A stretch of 63,078 nucleotides of DNA, filler included, from Guillardia theta CCMP2712 (GCF_000315625.1; 4 parts of 4 records of this genome joined end to end with filler, not necessarily neighbours in it), one strand, 5' to 3'; shown: positions 12,401-23,921, counted from the first letter of the whole stretch. The notes: generated from the sequence alone by a model not told the origin. Program-made: numbers and translations.

Positions 12401-15400
12401 TGGATGTCAGCGCGAGCTCGATCCCTCCGTTGCTGCACATCATCTCCAGACCTGCAAACGCCGATCCTCCAAGCTTCCCACGGCGCATGACAACCTTACT
12501 CGTACGATTCGGTCGATGCTGAACGAAGCTGGTCTTCAGAGCGTCATCGATACAGTGGGGGATCCTCGTTCTCGACGGCAGGTACCCTCCCATCCTCATG
12601 GCCGCAAGATGAAGGGCGATATCCACATCCCTGGAATCCGCGATCGAGGGTCCGAGCAGTACGAGGGCTTGATGGCGGACGTGACGTTGGTCCACCCTTA
12701 CATTGGTAGCTCTGCCGACCTGACCAAGTGGGGGGAGGTCAACCTCGACGCCCTCCATGTTGCAGCGTCTGAGAAGATTCGCAAACATCGCGCTGCATAT
12801 GCCATGACTACTCCTCCTCGAGCGTTCATCCCTCTTGCCATCTCGACGGACGGTACCCTGCATCCTGACACCCTCCGCTTCATCTGGTATCTCGCGGACA
12901 TCATTGCTCAGCGCTCAATGCCTCTTGAGGATGCGGCGTTTGGTCGGCACTTCGTGCCTGATGACGGACCTGCTGCTGAGGTCTTGGCTCGCAAACGCGC
13001 CGCCACCTATCAGCGCCTCACCATGCAGCTGACGCTGGAAGCGCTCTTGTCTGGTGCGAGGCGCATGACGCCCTTGCGGGCGCAAGCACTTCTCGAGCCA
13101 GAGGACAGCTCCTCCTCGGACTTTGTCGAGTCATCCGAGGGGGAGTCTTCGCCGGAGGTCTCCGACTCCGATGGGGGACACCCTTCGAGTGGCCCCGACG
13201 ATCGGCGCGGAGCTGGCGAGGCGTCTCCGTCCCTCACTGTGACGTCGGGTGCCTCCGGAGAGCTCGACACCACTGGGGTGCTTGCTGCTGGTCCGAGCTC
13301 GCCTGCTTCCTCCCCGGCATCGGTCGGGTCACGCCGGTCCTTGGGCATTGCCGCGGCGTCGCCGCCGTCACGGGCGGCTACCGCTGACTCGGCTACCGCT
13401 GACTCGGAGGCTAGCGAGGAGGACTACCTCGAGCGGTACCGTGTTCCTGTGTCCAGCCTCCCTCCGTCCGCTGCCCCAGGCGGACCCCCGGGCAGCGCCG
13501 GCTCCTTGTCGGCGGCTGCCCTTTCTCCGTCCGCGGCCGCCCGCTTTGTGGCGGCAGCGGACGTCTCGACTGACAGTGGTCAGTCGGCTGCCTCCGGGTA
13601 TCGCGTCTAAGGGATTTTATTCCTCCTGCATGCTCCTGCTGCTTGTTGCTTGATTGCTTGACCCTTAGGCTGCTTGTCTGCGCGGCTTCGCGCTTGGGCT
13701 GGCGCTGCCGCGTCTGGGTGCCAGCAGTGCTGGTTCTTTTCGGGCTTGTGTTTTGTGTGTGTTTGTGCAGCTTCTCGCTGTGGACTATGTAACTGCCGGT
13801 TCAGCTTGTTCCTGCTTTGTTTTGCTTGAGGCACTTTTTATCTTCTGCCAGTAAATCCTATATCCCTCAAGGCCTTCCCGCACCGCTATGCTCAGATGCT
13901 CGACTGCTATCTCCATGGCATGCCGATCTGCCACTGTGTCCGACGGAATGTGATGGATGTCAGCGGTCGATGCTGAACGAAGCTGGTCTTCAGAGCGTCA
14001 TCGATACAATGGGGGATCCTCGTTCTCGACGGCAGGTACCCTCCCATCCTCATGGCCGCAAGATGAAGGGCGATATCCACATCCCTGGAATCCGCGATCG
14101 AGGGTCCGAGCAGTACGAGGGCTTGATGGCGGACGTGACGTTGGTCCACCCTTACATTGGACATTGGTAGCTCTGCCGACCTGACCAAGTGGGGGGAGGT
14201 CAACCTCGACGCCCTCCATGTTGCAGCGTCTGAGAAGATTCGCAAACATCGCGCTGCATATGCCATGACTACTCCTCCTCGAGCGTTCATCCCTCTTGCC
14301 ATCTCGACGGACGGTACCCTGCATCCTGACACCCTCCGCTTCATCTGGTATCTCGCGGACATCATTGCTCAGCGCTAGTATAGGATTTACTGGCAGAAGG
14401 TAAAAAGTGCCTCAGCGCTCAATGCCTCTTGAGGATGCGGCGTTTGGTCGGCACTTCGTGCCTGATGACGGACCTGCTGCTGAGGTCTTGGCTCGCAAAC
14501 GCGCCGCCACCTATCAGCGCCTCACCATGCAGCTGACGCTGGAAGCGCTCTTGTCTGGTGCGAGGCGCATGACGCCCTTGCGGGCGCAAGCACTTCTCGA
14601 GCCAGAGGACAGCTCCTCCTCGGACTTTGTCGAGTCGCCCGAGGAGTCTTCGCCGGAGGTCTCCGACTCCGATGGGGGACACCCTTCGAGTGGCCCCGAC
14701 GATCGGCGCGGAGCTGGCGAGGCGTCTCCGTCCCTCACTGTGACGTCGGGTGCCTCCGGAGAGCTCGACACCACTGGGGTGCTTGCTGCTGGTCCGAGCT
14801 CGCCTGCTTCCTCCCCGGCATCGGTCGGGTCACGCCCAGATCTAGGATGGTCCTTGGGCATTGCCGCGGCGTCGCCGCCGTCACGGGCGGCTACCGCTGA
14901 CTCGGCTCAGCTACCGCTGACTCGGAGGCTAGCGAGGAGGACTACCTCGAGCGGTACCGTGTTCCTGTGTCCAGCCTCCCTCCGTCCGCTGCCCCAGGCG
15001 GACCCCCGGGCAGCGCCGGCTCCTTGTCGGCGGCTGCCCTTTCTCCGTCCGCGGCCGCCCGCTTTGTGGCGGCAGCGGACGTCTCGACTGACAGTGGTCA
15101 GTCGGCTGCCTCCGGGTATCGCGTCTAAGGGATTTTATTCCTCCTGCATGCTCCTGCTGCTTGTTGCTTGATTGCTTGACCCTTAGGCTGCTTGTCTGCG
15201 CGGCTTCGCGCTTGGGCTGGCGCTGCCGCGTCTGGGTGCCAGCAGTGCTGGATTTACTGGCAGCCTTGAAGGTAAAAAGCCAGCAGTGCTGGTTCTTTTC
15301 GGGCTTGTGTTTTGTGTGTGTTTGTGCAGCTTCTCGCTGTGGACTGTGTGCCTGGAGGTTTAGCTTGTTCCTGCTTTGTTTTGCTTGAGGCACTTTTTAC

Positions 15401-17480
15401 CTTCTGCCAGTAAATCCTATACTCTGCAACATGGAGGGCGTCGAGCTGTCCTCTGGCTCGAGAAGTGCTTGCGCCCGCAAGGGCGTTATGCGCCTCGCAC
15501 CAGACAAGAGCGCCACCAGCGTCAGCTGCATAGTGAGGCGCTGAGGAGCAACAAGCAGCAGGAGCATGCAGGAGGAATAAAATCCCTTAGACGCGATACC
15601 CGGAGGCCGCCGACTGACCACTGCCAGTAAATCCATTCTATCACTGTCAGTCGAGACGTCCGCGGCCGCCAGCTTTTCGGCCGCGGACGGAGCAGTATAC
15701 GGATTTACTGGCATGAGGTAAAAAGTGCCTGAGAGAGGGCAGCCGCCGACAAGGAGCCGGCGTTGCCCGGGGGTCCGCCTGGGGCAGCGGACGGAGGGAG
15801 GCTGGACACATGAACACGGCTGTTCAATGCTTCATAGGATTTACTGGCAGAAGGTAAACAGGGTATAGGATTTAACCAGTGCCTCAAGCAAAACAAAGCA
15901 GGAACAACCTAAACCTCCAGGCACACAGTCCACAGCGAGAAGCTGCACAAACACACACAAAACACAAGCCCGAAAAGAACCAGCACTGCTGGCACCCAGA
16001 CGCGGCAGCGCCAGCCCAAGCGCGAAGCCGCGCAGACAAGCAGCCGAAGGGCCAAGCAATCCAGCAACAAGCAGCTTCTCGCTGTGGACTGTGTGCCTGC
16101 CGGTTCAGCTTGATCCTGCTTTGTTTTGCTTGAGGCCCACTTTTTACCTTCTGCCAGTAAATCCTATGAGCAGCAGGAGCATGCAGGAGGAATAAAATCC
16201 CTTAGACGCGATACCCGGAGGCAGCCGACTGACCACTGTCAGTCGAGACGTCCGCTGCCGCAACAAAGCGGGCGGCCGCGGACGGAGAAAGGGCAGCCGC
16301 CGACAAGGAGCCGGCGTTGCCCGGGGGTCCGCCTGGGGCAGCGGACGGAGGGAGGCTGGACACAGGAACACGGTACCGCTCGAGGTAGTCCTCCTCGCTA
16401 GCCTCCGAGTCAGCGGTAGCCGAGTCAGCGGTAGCCGGCCGTGACGGCGGCGACGCCGCGGCAATGCCCAAGGACCGGCGTGACCCGACCGATGCCGGGG
16501 AGGAAGCAGGCGAGCTCGGACCAGCAGCAAGCAACCCAGTGGTGTCGAGCTCTCCGNNNNNNNNNNNNNNNNNNNNNNNNNNNNNNNNNNNNNNNNNNNN
16601 NNNNNNNNNNNNNNNNNNNNNNNNNNNNNNNNNNNNNNNNNNNNNNNNNNNNNNNNCGTCACAGTGAGGGACGGAGACGCCTCGCCAGCTCCGCGCCGAT
16701 CGTCGGGGCCACTCGAAGGGTGTCCCCCATCGGAGTCGGAGGAGGAGCTGTCCTCTGGCTCGAGAAGTGCTTGCGCCCGCAAGGGCGTCATGCGCCTCGC
16801 ACCAGACAAGAGCGCAAGTTCCAGCGTCAGCTGCATGGTGAGGCGCTGATAGGTGGCGGCGCGTTTGCGAGCCAAGACCTCAGCAGCAGGTCCGTCATCA
16901 GGCACGAAGTGCCGATGCTTACGGATTTACTGGCAGAAGGCCAAATAGTCCGATTTACTGGAAGGTAAAAAGTGCCTCGCTTGAGGCACTTTGTACCTTC
17001 TGCCAGTAAATCCATTATCTTGCCTCAAGCAAAACAAAGCAGGAACAACCTAAACCTCCTGGCACACAGCGCACAGCGAGAAGCTGCACAAACACACACA
17101 AAACACAAGCCAGCACTGCTGGCACCCAGACGCGGCAGCGCCAGCCCAAGCGCGAAGCCGCGCAGACAAGCAGCCTAAGGGTCAAGCAATCAAGCAACAA
17201 GCAGCAGGAGCATGCAGGAGGAATAAAATCCCTTAGACGCGATACCCGGAGGCAGCCGACTGACCGTGCACTGTCAGTCCGACGGTCCAGACGTCCGCTG
17301 CCGCAACAAAGCGGGCGGCCGCGGACCGGGAGAAAGGGCAGCCGCCGACAAGGAGCCGGCGTTGCCCGGGGGTCCGCCTGGGGCAGCGGACGGAGGGAGG
17401 CTGGACACAGGAACACGGTACCGCTCGAGGTAGTCCTCCTCGCTAGCCTCCGAGTCAGCGGTAGCCGAAACCAACACCGC
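9500..17480. mobile_element. Nest 1 of truncated and rearranged CRE-like (RLE-type) non-LTR retrotransposon copies; + copies to about 15420, mostly - copies after
   Basis: Near-identical repeats of the CCHC finger/endonuclease coding region and a ~250-bp 3' UTR ending GCCAGTAAATCCTAT, in both orientations. Confidence 0.9.
12003..13610 (+). CDS. C-terminal part of the retrotransposon ORF: CCHC finger, restriction-like endonuclease and Ser/Ala/acidic tail
   Basis: CDGCQRELDPSVAAHHLQTC, AHDNL, KGDI, LMADVTLVHP, ASEKIRKH and FIPLAISTDG match the PD..D-x-K RLE motif layout of CRE/R2-group elements. Confidence 0.85.
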   Translation, partial: DDAGRPPASVVHIPGLRALVDSSHEHFIPPPAQRNVTPLVMRVFPRHVHARAALTDQQRDILTLHSRRTHSLKSQDRVLQSTIFAHFPERDLSHSPMRVSSYYPLKAFPHRYAQMLDCYLHGMPICQCPTECDGCQRELDPSVAAHHLQTCKRRSSKLPTAHDNLTRTIRSMLNEAGLQSVIDTVGDPRSRRQVPSHPHGRKMKGDIHIPGIRDRGSEQYEGLMADVTLVHPYIGSSADLTKWGEVNLDALHVAASEKIRKHRAAYAMTTPPRAFIPLAISTDGTLHPDTLRFIWYLADIIAQRSMPLEDAAFGRHFVPDDGPAAEVLARKRAATYQRLTMQLTLEALLSGARRMTPLRAQALLEPEDSSSSDFVESSEGESSPEVSDSDGGHPSSGPDDRRGAGEASPSLTVTSGASGELDTTGVLAAGPSSPASSPASVGSRRSLGIAAASPPSRAATADSATADSEASEEDYLERYRVPVSSLPPSAAPGGPPGSAGSLSAAALSPSAAARFVAAADVSTDSGQSAASGYRV

Positions 17481-18271
17481 CCGTGACAGAGGGAGGCTGG
17501 GCAGTTACTGTTGAAAATTCATGCAACTTTCTATCAAGCCTTACACATTCGGATGACTCTTCTCTTCAATCAGGCTCTCTCTCTAGCCGCAAGTTGTTTA
17601 GGCCTCTCATCTCAGCCTCAATTTGTTTGATTGATCTTCGAATAGGAAAAACAAGCCTTTCCCCAGCCAGATTGGTCGGTCGAATATCTGCTTAACCGTG
17701 TGGAAACGCACTTGAAGCTGATTCGATTCTTATTTTCTTGATCTTTGAGTAGGATCAAATGGAACTCCCAGGAGATCTGGCGGAAGTTTCATGTCATGGA
17801 GCTAGGCTGTGGCATGCATAACTGGAGCTACTTCTGGATCGGCGAACAAGGTACTACTGCACAACAATCTTCAAATGCCTTGAAACGGATGTTCCAATCT
17901 TGCGGCAGCAATCTCTGGTCACAAGTTCTTTACGGTTCAAAAATTTATCTTTTGGTCTTCAAATGCCGGCGGGCACGCTCTCTCTATCTCTCTTATCTTC
18001 TCTCTCTTCAGACTCTCTTATCCTATCCTCCATCTCTCGTCATTGCATCCGCTCGCCAGGCATCTCCCCTTATCTCTGTACCGCACATCTAACAGCCCTG
18101 CATGAAAATCTTCTTCAGAATGGACAATCCTCGAATGGTTATTGCCCACTCAGCATGACTGTGAACTTGACGTTGTATCATCGTATCTTGACTTGGATCT
18201 GCTGACATTCTCTTGTTTGTGTGACTTTCTGACGTCCGATGTAACGTACTATTTCAGAAACTCGGGGGGAG

Positions 18272-18912
18272 GATGGAACGTATGCCAGCCGTGCCAGTCA
18301 GATAGCGCCGAGTTAACAAAAACTCTCCTGTAAACCAAGACGACTTGCGTGGCAGGCGGCAATGTAGTACATGTGACGAAGAGGAGGCCTTCCTAGCCGT
18401 CTTGCTAAGGTCCCCTCATGTCTGGATGCTTGGGTTTCACATCCTAGCATACAGTCTATCTCTCATGTGCTCCTCAATTCTGGTTTCGTGTGCATTAAAC
18501 TCGGTCTTGAGCAAAAACTGTCTTGTTGAGATTAAGGTCGATGTGATATCTGCGTGACTTTGGACTAGTACAAGTCTAACAAACTTGTATAAACTTGTAT
18601 TCCGTTAGACTTGTACTAGTCCAAAGTCACGCAGATATCACATCGACCTTAATCTCAACAAGACAGTTTTTGCTCAAGACCGAGTTTAATGCACACGAAA
18701 CCAGAATTGAGGAGCACATGAGAGATAGACTGTATGCTAGGATGTGAAACCCAAGCATCCAGACATGAGGGGACCTTAGCAAGACGGCTAGGAAGGCCTC
18801 CTCTTCGTCACATGTACTACATTGCCGCCTGCCACGCAAGTCGTCTTGGTTTACAGGAGAGTTTTTGTTAACTCGGCGCTATCTGACTGGCACGGCTGGC
18901 ATACGTTCCATC
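18272..18912. repeat. Perfect long inverted repeat: 309-bp arms (18272-18580 and 18604-18912), 23-nt spacer
   Basis: The arms are reverse complements (identical 70-aa ORFs on both strands). Spacer is aaacttgtat-aaacttgtat-tcc. Confidence 0.93.
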
Positions 18913-19142
18913 AGTGTAGGGTCTGGTTGCCAGCAGTGCTGGTTACTTTCGGTCTTGTGTTTCGTGTGTTTGCGCCGCGCAGAAGGTACTAGTACTTGAA
19001 GTGCCTCAAGAAAAAGACAGCAGGAACAAGCTAAACCTGCATGTACACCGCTTTTGTTGCTGTGTGCTCTTTTTGCTTGCTCTCCCCAGCCCTAGAGTNN
19101 NNNNNNNNNNNNNNNNNNNNNNNNNNNNNNNNNNNNNNNNNN

Positions 19143-19154
19143 TTAATTAATTAA
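19143..19154. other. Artificial contig-joining linker TTAATTAATTAA within N-run
   Basis: Six-frame stop linker, identical at three gaps. Confidence 0.9.
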
Positions 19155-19369
19155 NNNNNNNNNNNNNNNNNNNNNNNNNNNNNNNNNNNNNNNNNNNNAG
19201 AAGGAGAAGGAGGAGGAGAAGGAGGAGGGGAGGAGGAGGAGGCCATCAAAATCGTAACAAATGAGAAGCAAGCTCTCCTTTCAGAACGGAGGACCAATCA
19301 AAGCAGAGCAAGGCGGAGGCGAGTAGAGGAGGAGAGAGATGACGAGAGGAGGCAGGGCGTATATCACAC

Positions 19370-20957
19370 CTGCCGACGTTGATGGCAGTTTGTTGGACGG
19401 GGAAGGAGAAGGTGAAGCCAAGAGGAACGCGAGGAGAGTCTTTGCCGACGGCCTCAGGAACCATCTGTTTGACTTTCTCTGCGAAGAAGGAAAACAGCTC
19501 TTTGCCGGGGGCATACATCATATTCTCTGCGATCCTGCGGTAATGGGGATGAGAGGAGAGGGATGGAGATTGTGGAGAAGGGAAGAAGAGGCGGATGAGG
19601 TGGTGATGGTTTGTGAGGGGATGGTGGTGGTGAGGCAGCAGCTGATGATGACCGATGATGGTGGTGGTGATGGTGGTAATGATGATAGATCGGGAGGAAG
19701 AGAACAAAGAAACATGAACAGATCAAGGAGAGGAGAGTAAAGAACAAACGATCTCAGTTTTAGATGCACATGTCACATCAGCTTTCGCATTTCGCATCGA
19801 CATATCTGCAGCGACACAATGGTTGTAAGAGGAGCAGCTCTACCTGTGTTTCGACTGCGTCACGTCTACCTTTCCCTGTCCTTGCAGATTGACCTGTGCG
19901 GGAAGCAAATGAACTTCATTGCAAGCAGAACTGGCGAGGGTAACGTTGCACCAAGAGATGAAGAGGAGACAAGGAAGGGAGGGAAGGGAAGTGGTATCGT
20001 GAGGAAGAGGAGAGGCGAGAGGAAGACAAGGGAAAGATGCGGGAAAGGCGCAAGAGAACAAGAAAAGAGCAAGAAAAGGACAAGAAATGGAGCAAGAAGA
20101 AAAGGTTGACGAGGAGAGCGGGGGGAGGGGAGGGGGGGGGGGGGGACAAGCAGCAGGAGGAGAAGGAGGACAAGTGGAACATGAAGTAAAGTGTAGACGA
20201 GAGGACAGAAATTTGCAATCCCCCACCTTCAGTACTCGAAAATTGGTTCCTCCCAAGTCAAGAGCGAGGAAAGAGCCCTTCTCCCTGCCCCATACGTCTC
20301 ATTCTCTGACCCCTCCACCTTCCTCTCTTCACCCTCCGCTGGGTAGCTTTCGCAGATGCGTCGGCAGCATTAGCATGGGCGAGTCGCCGTTCTTCTGCAG
20401 CCCGGACTTCATCTGCCAAGTCAAGAGCGTCAGGAAGGGTGAGGAGTGGAGGGAGGAGCAGGAGGAAGCAGAACGAGAGGAGGTAGGGGAGGGAGCAAGA
20501 GGAAGGGACATGAGGAGGGAACAGCACGAGGGAGCAGCATGATGGAGCATGAGGAGGGGAGGGGGCAGGAGGAGGGGAGGGGGCAGCAGCAGGGGAGGGG
20601 GCAGGAGGAGGTCACTTGGTGGATCATCTCGTCCTTGATCTTGACAAGCTTCTCCCTGCAGCTCAAATTCAGCTGGTCGCGCGGGAGACGTGAAACTAGA
20701 GCGATTACGAGTCGACCGAGAACTGCTTCTCCACATTCTCCATGGCTGCCTTGACAGCCGGGTCCAGCTGTTTGCTGCCAGCAGGTCAAGCCTTGCAGCC
20801 GTAGCAGGGGCCAGGCGCAGCACGGTATACCGGTTGGCGAGAGCGCTTAGGAGCCCTCCAATGATGGGTATTCCACATTCTGCAAGAAACAAGCACGGCA
20901 TATGTCAGGAAGTGTCCTCCTGATCTCTTCCTTCTGTTCACCTGCTCTCTCGACCAT
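19370..20957 (-). CDS. HXK: Hexokinase, 5' part (3' exons lost at the gap)
   Basis: SPMLMLPTHLRKLPSG, LGGTNFRVL (phosphate 1 motif), PLGFTFSFPVQQTAINVG (sugar-binding motif). Confidence 0.9.
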
Positions 20958-22429
20958 GTTGAGCGCAAACAAGACACAAAGGATCAGACGCATCGTCCTC
21001 ATCTTCAGCGGTGGTTCCCAGCCTGCGAAGCTCCTGGGTTACCGTCCCACAACCATCAAGAATGGATCAAGTTTCATTTGAGACGATCGAATTCAGGATC
21101 GACAAGCATTGAAGACAACCATGACCAGATAGGGCGGGGGTTGGGGATGGGTGGGGGATGTCCATAGGACAAGGAGAGGAAATAGAGGAAATATCAGGTA
21201 TGTATGAAGCTTGTTGCACCGAAGACAACAGGGCAATTGAAATAGATTCGGTGAGATTCCACATGCAATATCATTATCCTAGCTAACCGATTGCGATACA
21301 ACATCTCTTACGCGGGTTTTGAAATCAGAGACGAGAGAGAAACGATCGCCAGGGAAAGGTAACGAACTAGGACAGGCATGGGCACGATAGCAAGGGATCA
21401 GAGATGGCCTGATATGCCGCAGTGAAGTAAACAGTGTAAAATGAGAAGGCGTTTGAATAGGACATGTGCAAACGCATGAGGGAGTATCTTCAAAGCATTC
21501 GTCAGTGGTGGATACAAATGCCAACACTAATCAAACTTGTATCTCTGATCAATATCTCGCACATTGCTCCTGTCTCTGCTGTTGCATCATGCACTTTCAT
21601 CATGTTAGGTATCATGTCAGATCATAGTCTTCGCTCGTTCCTCCCGCATTCTCCTCCTCCCCTTGCTCATGGGCGCGGATCACGGCAATATGTCCATGGG
21701 GCGCCTACTCTGACAAGTGAGGGGACAGGGATCGCTGGGGTGGGGGGTATGTTGTACCGGTCCATTATGACCCGATTCGATATATGAAGGAGGGGTACTA
21801 GAAGACACTCTGAGAGCCCACACTAGGTACCGATGCCGGAGGGTGGGCATTTGGTCTGTGGGGTAGGGGTACTTGTTTTTTCCAGAGACACCCGTACTTT
21901 TCAGTCGAAAAATCATGGTACATATGTGCAAGGGTGGGTGATGGAGAGAGTTTGGGGGGATTATAGGGGTGTAAGATGTTTAGGAACGACTTCATTCCTA
22001 GGACAACGCTAGGACAAAGCTACTCTAACTACCCTACAGCCACGACCCGATCGCAACACATGCAACTACCCTACCTTACTAGTGTCATATCACCCCTAGT
22101 TTAGAGCATTCAGATACCCCCACCCCTTTTAAGGCGGCCCGATACCATTCAATTACTGATCCCCCGATAGTGAGGCGGGTTTGGATGATTTACCACCTGG
22201 TACCACCAGACCCCTCAAAGTTGCCTGTAGGTGGGGGGTGCCAAAGTCACCAGCCTGCTGGGAATCATCAATTAGTCATCCAAGTTCCGGGCCCTACTGT
22301 TTCCAGGCTGAGCCTCGGAGGTCAGCCGGCGGGCCAGCACTGCCTCGGTGGACCGCAAGCGGCCTGAATGATCGCCGCCATGGTCAAGGCTGCTTCAACG
22401 AGCAGACTCGCCGATTTCACTGTCACAGA

Positions 22430-23354
22430 ATGAAATCGTATCCTAGTACGGTATTTGGGCTGGGAGCCTCCGCCCCAGCGGCCATCTTCCTTGCTGCTTG
22501 CTTCCGGCGCGTCCTTCCGAAGTTCATGGCAATCATATTCCTCATCGATCTGCTTCCTGTTTCTAGCAGCAGCGCCAACACCGACAACCATAACACGAAC
22601 TACAACAAGCTGTCCGGAGTCACATGCAGCGACTGGAATTGCTATGCTCTTGCAGCAACAGTGACATTCATATGTGCCTCAAACGTTGCTGCAAACCATC
22701 TTGATGACCGCATGTAACATTGCCCCAAGGCTGTTTCACCCCGACCTGTTCGGTGAAGGGCTTAGGAATGCGTTAGTTGGCAATCTGCAGACGCTATCAG
22801 TTGTCCTGGCCCTGTTCCTGTCCTTGTTGTTTGCCATGGCGACCAGTGGACCTCCTCTTCATAGCGACGCCACAGCCATCTTCCCTCAACTTTACTTCTG
22901 CTTCGTCTTCAACGGGATCGGTATCTCTTTCTACGGTCTTGCATGCACAATCATCCCCTTGATCTTCCTCCAAATCCTTGACGATGTCCAAACTGCAGAA
23001 TACCTGAGGCTCAATGGTCTTGGAGCTGTTCTGACTTGTATCACTGTTGTCATCTGTATCAACCTTGGATTTGCGTTGATCGTATTCGGCATAGCCTTGT
23101 TCGGCAAGCCCATGGGGTTTGCATGCGCCACAAACATCGTAATCCTATTCATCGGAATTTACAACAAAATCAGACGGCACGCATCATGGAAGGCTCCAGT
23201 ATCAGCAGAGAAAGCCAAGAGTATTGCCAAGAGTATCCAAGTGAATGGCTACGAGCAGCGACAATGTGAGGCCTCCAGTTTGGCTGCTGATGAGTCGAAT
23301 CCAACATACCCCTGTGTCTCGATCAAATCAGAAGCTGCGTACGTGATAGAATAG
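22430..23354 (+). CDS. Hypothetical multi-pass membrane protein (weak resemblance to the PGG domain)
   Basis: ORF 22674-23354 has about four hydrophobic helices after LRNALVGNLQTLSVVLALFLS. 5' structure uncertain. Confidence 0.55.
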
Positions 23355-23921
23355 AATGTGGGGAGATGATGTTGTATTCTTGAGAATCATTGATTGTGCT
23401 GATTTTATTGGCATAAGAGGAAGAATCCAATCAAGATGTTGATATTGATGATTTTCATGCTCTTTGAATCGCTCCAGGAGCTTGACAATCAATAGGCTAC
23501 CGTGTTATAACACACGTGTGCACAGTTCATCACTGCTGCTCATGTCGCGCAATCAAGTTCTGTATCTTGACAGGTTTGCTGCTTGGAAATAATCGCAAAG
23601 TGGCAGCAAGTGTATATCATCATTGCGAAAGGATTTCCTGTATGTTCGTATTTTCTCCATGGTGACTACAGATGTATGTGGTGTGGGTTGAACGCGTGTC
23701 TATGTCCTTGTGATGTGTACACAAATCAATTTTCATTTGAAGTTCTCATTCATGAAAAACAATTTGAAGCTTGGTCAATGGCCATCACAGTGCCTCACAT
23801 TCATAGTTTTCTCGAGCACATTCAGAAGAATTCCTAAAATCTGTTGGCACCCGCTTCACGAGTCTTCGAGTGAAGAGGCACACGTGTTTGCTCCTGCATG
23901 ACCTGGTCGTGAATCTGCGCT

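Noticed and set aside
12162-12863. Antisense ORFs recurring in each element copy
   Set aside because: Shadow ORFs of GC-rich coding sequence; they recur because the copies are near-identical.
13830-13862. Element 3' end as an snRNA (U5 loop) or SL-RNA fragment
   Set aside because: Only a short CTTTTTACC similarity, with no supporting stem or Sm site recognised.
14377-17020. CRISPR-like array of the recurring GGATTTACTGGCAGAAGG motif
   Set aside because: Spacing is irregular, both orientations occur, lengths vary, and the 'spacers' are element sequence.
9500-17480. Penelope-like element with pseudo-LTRs, or a DIRS element
   Set aside because: The protein has CCHC + RLE motifs and a CRE-type RT. 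No GIY-YIG or tyrosine recombinase motifs seen.
18345-18839. Twin 70-aa ORFs on opposite strands
   Set aside because: By-product of the palindrome; no coding evidence.
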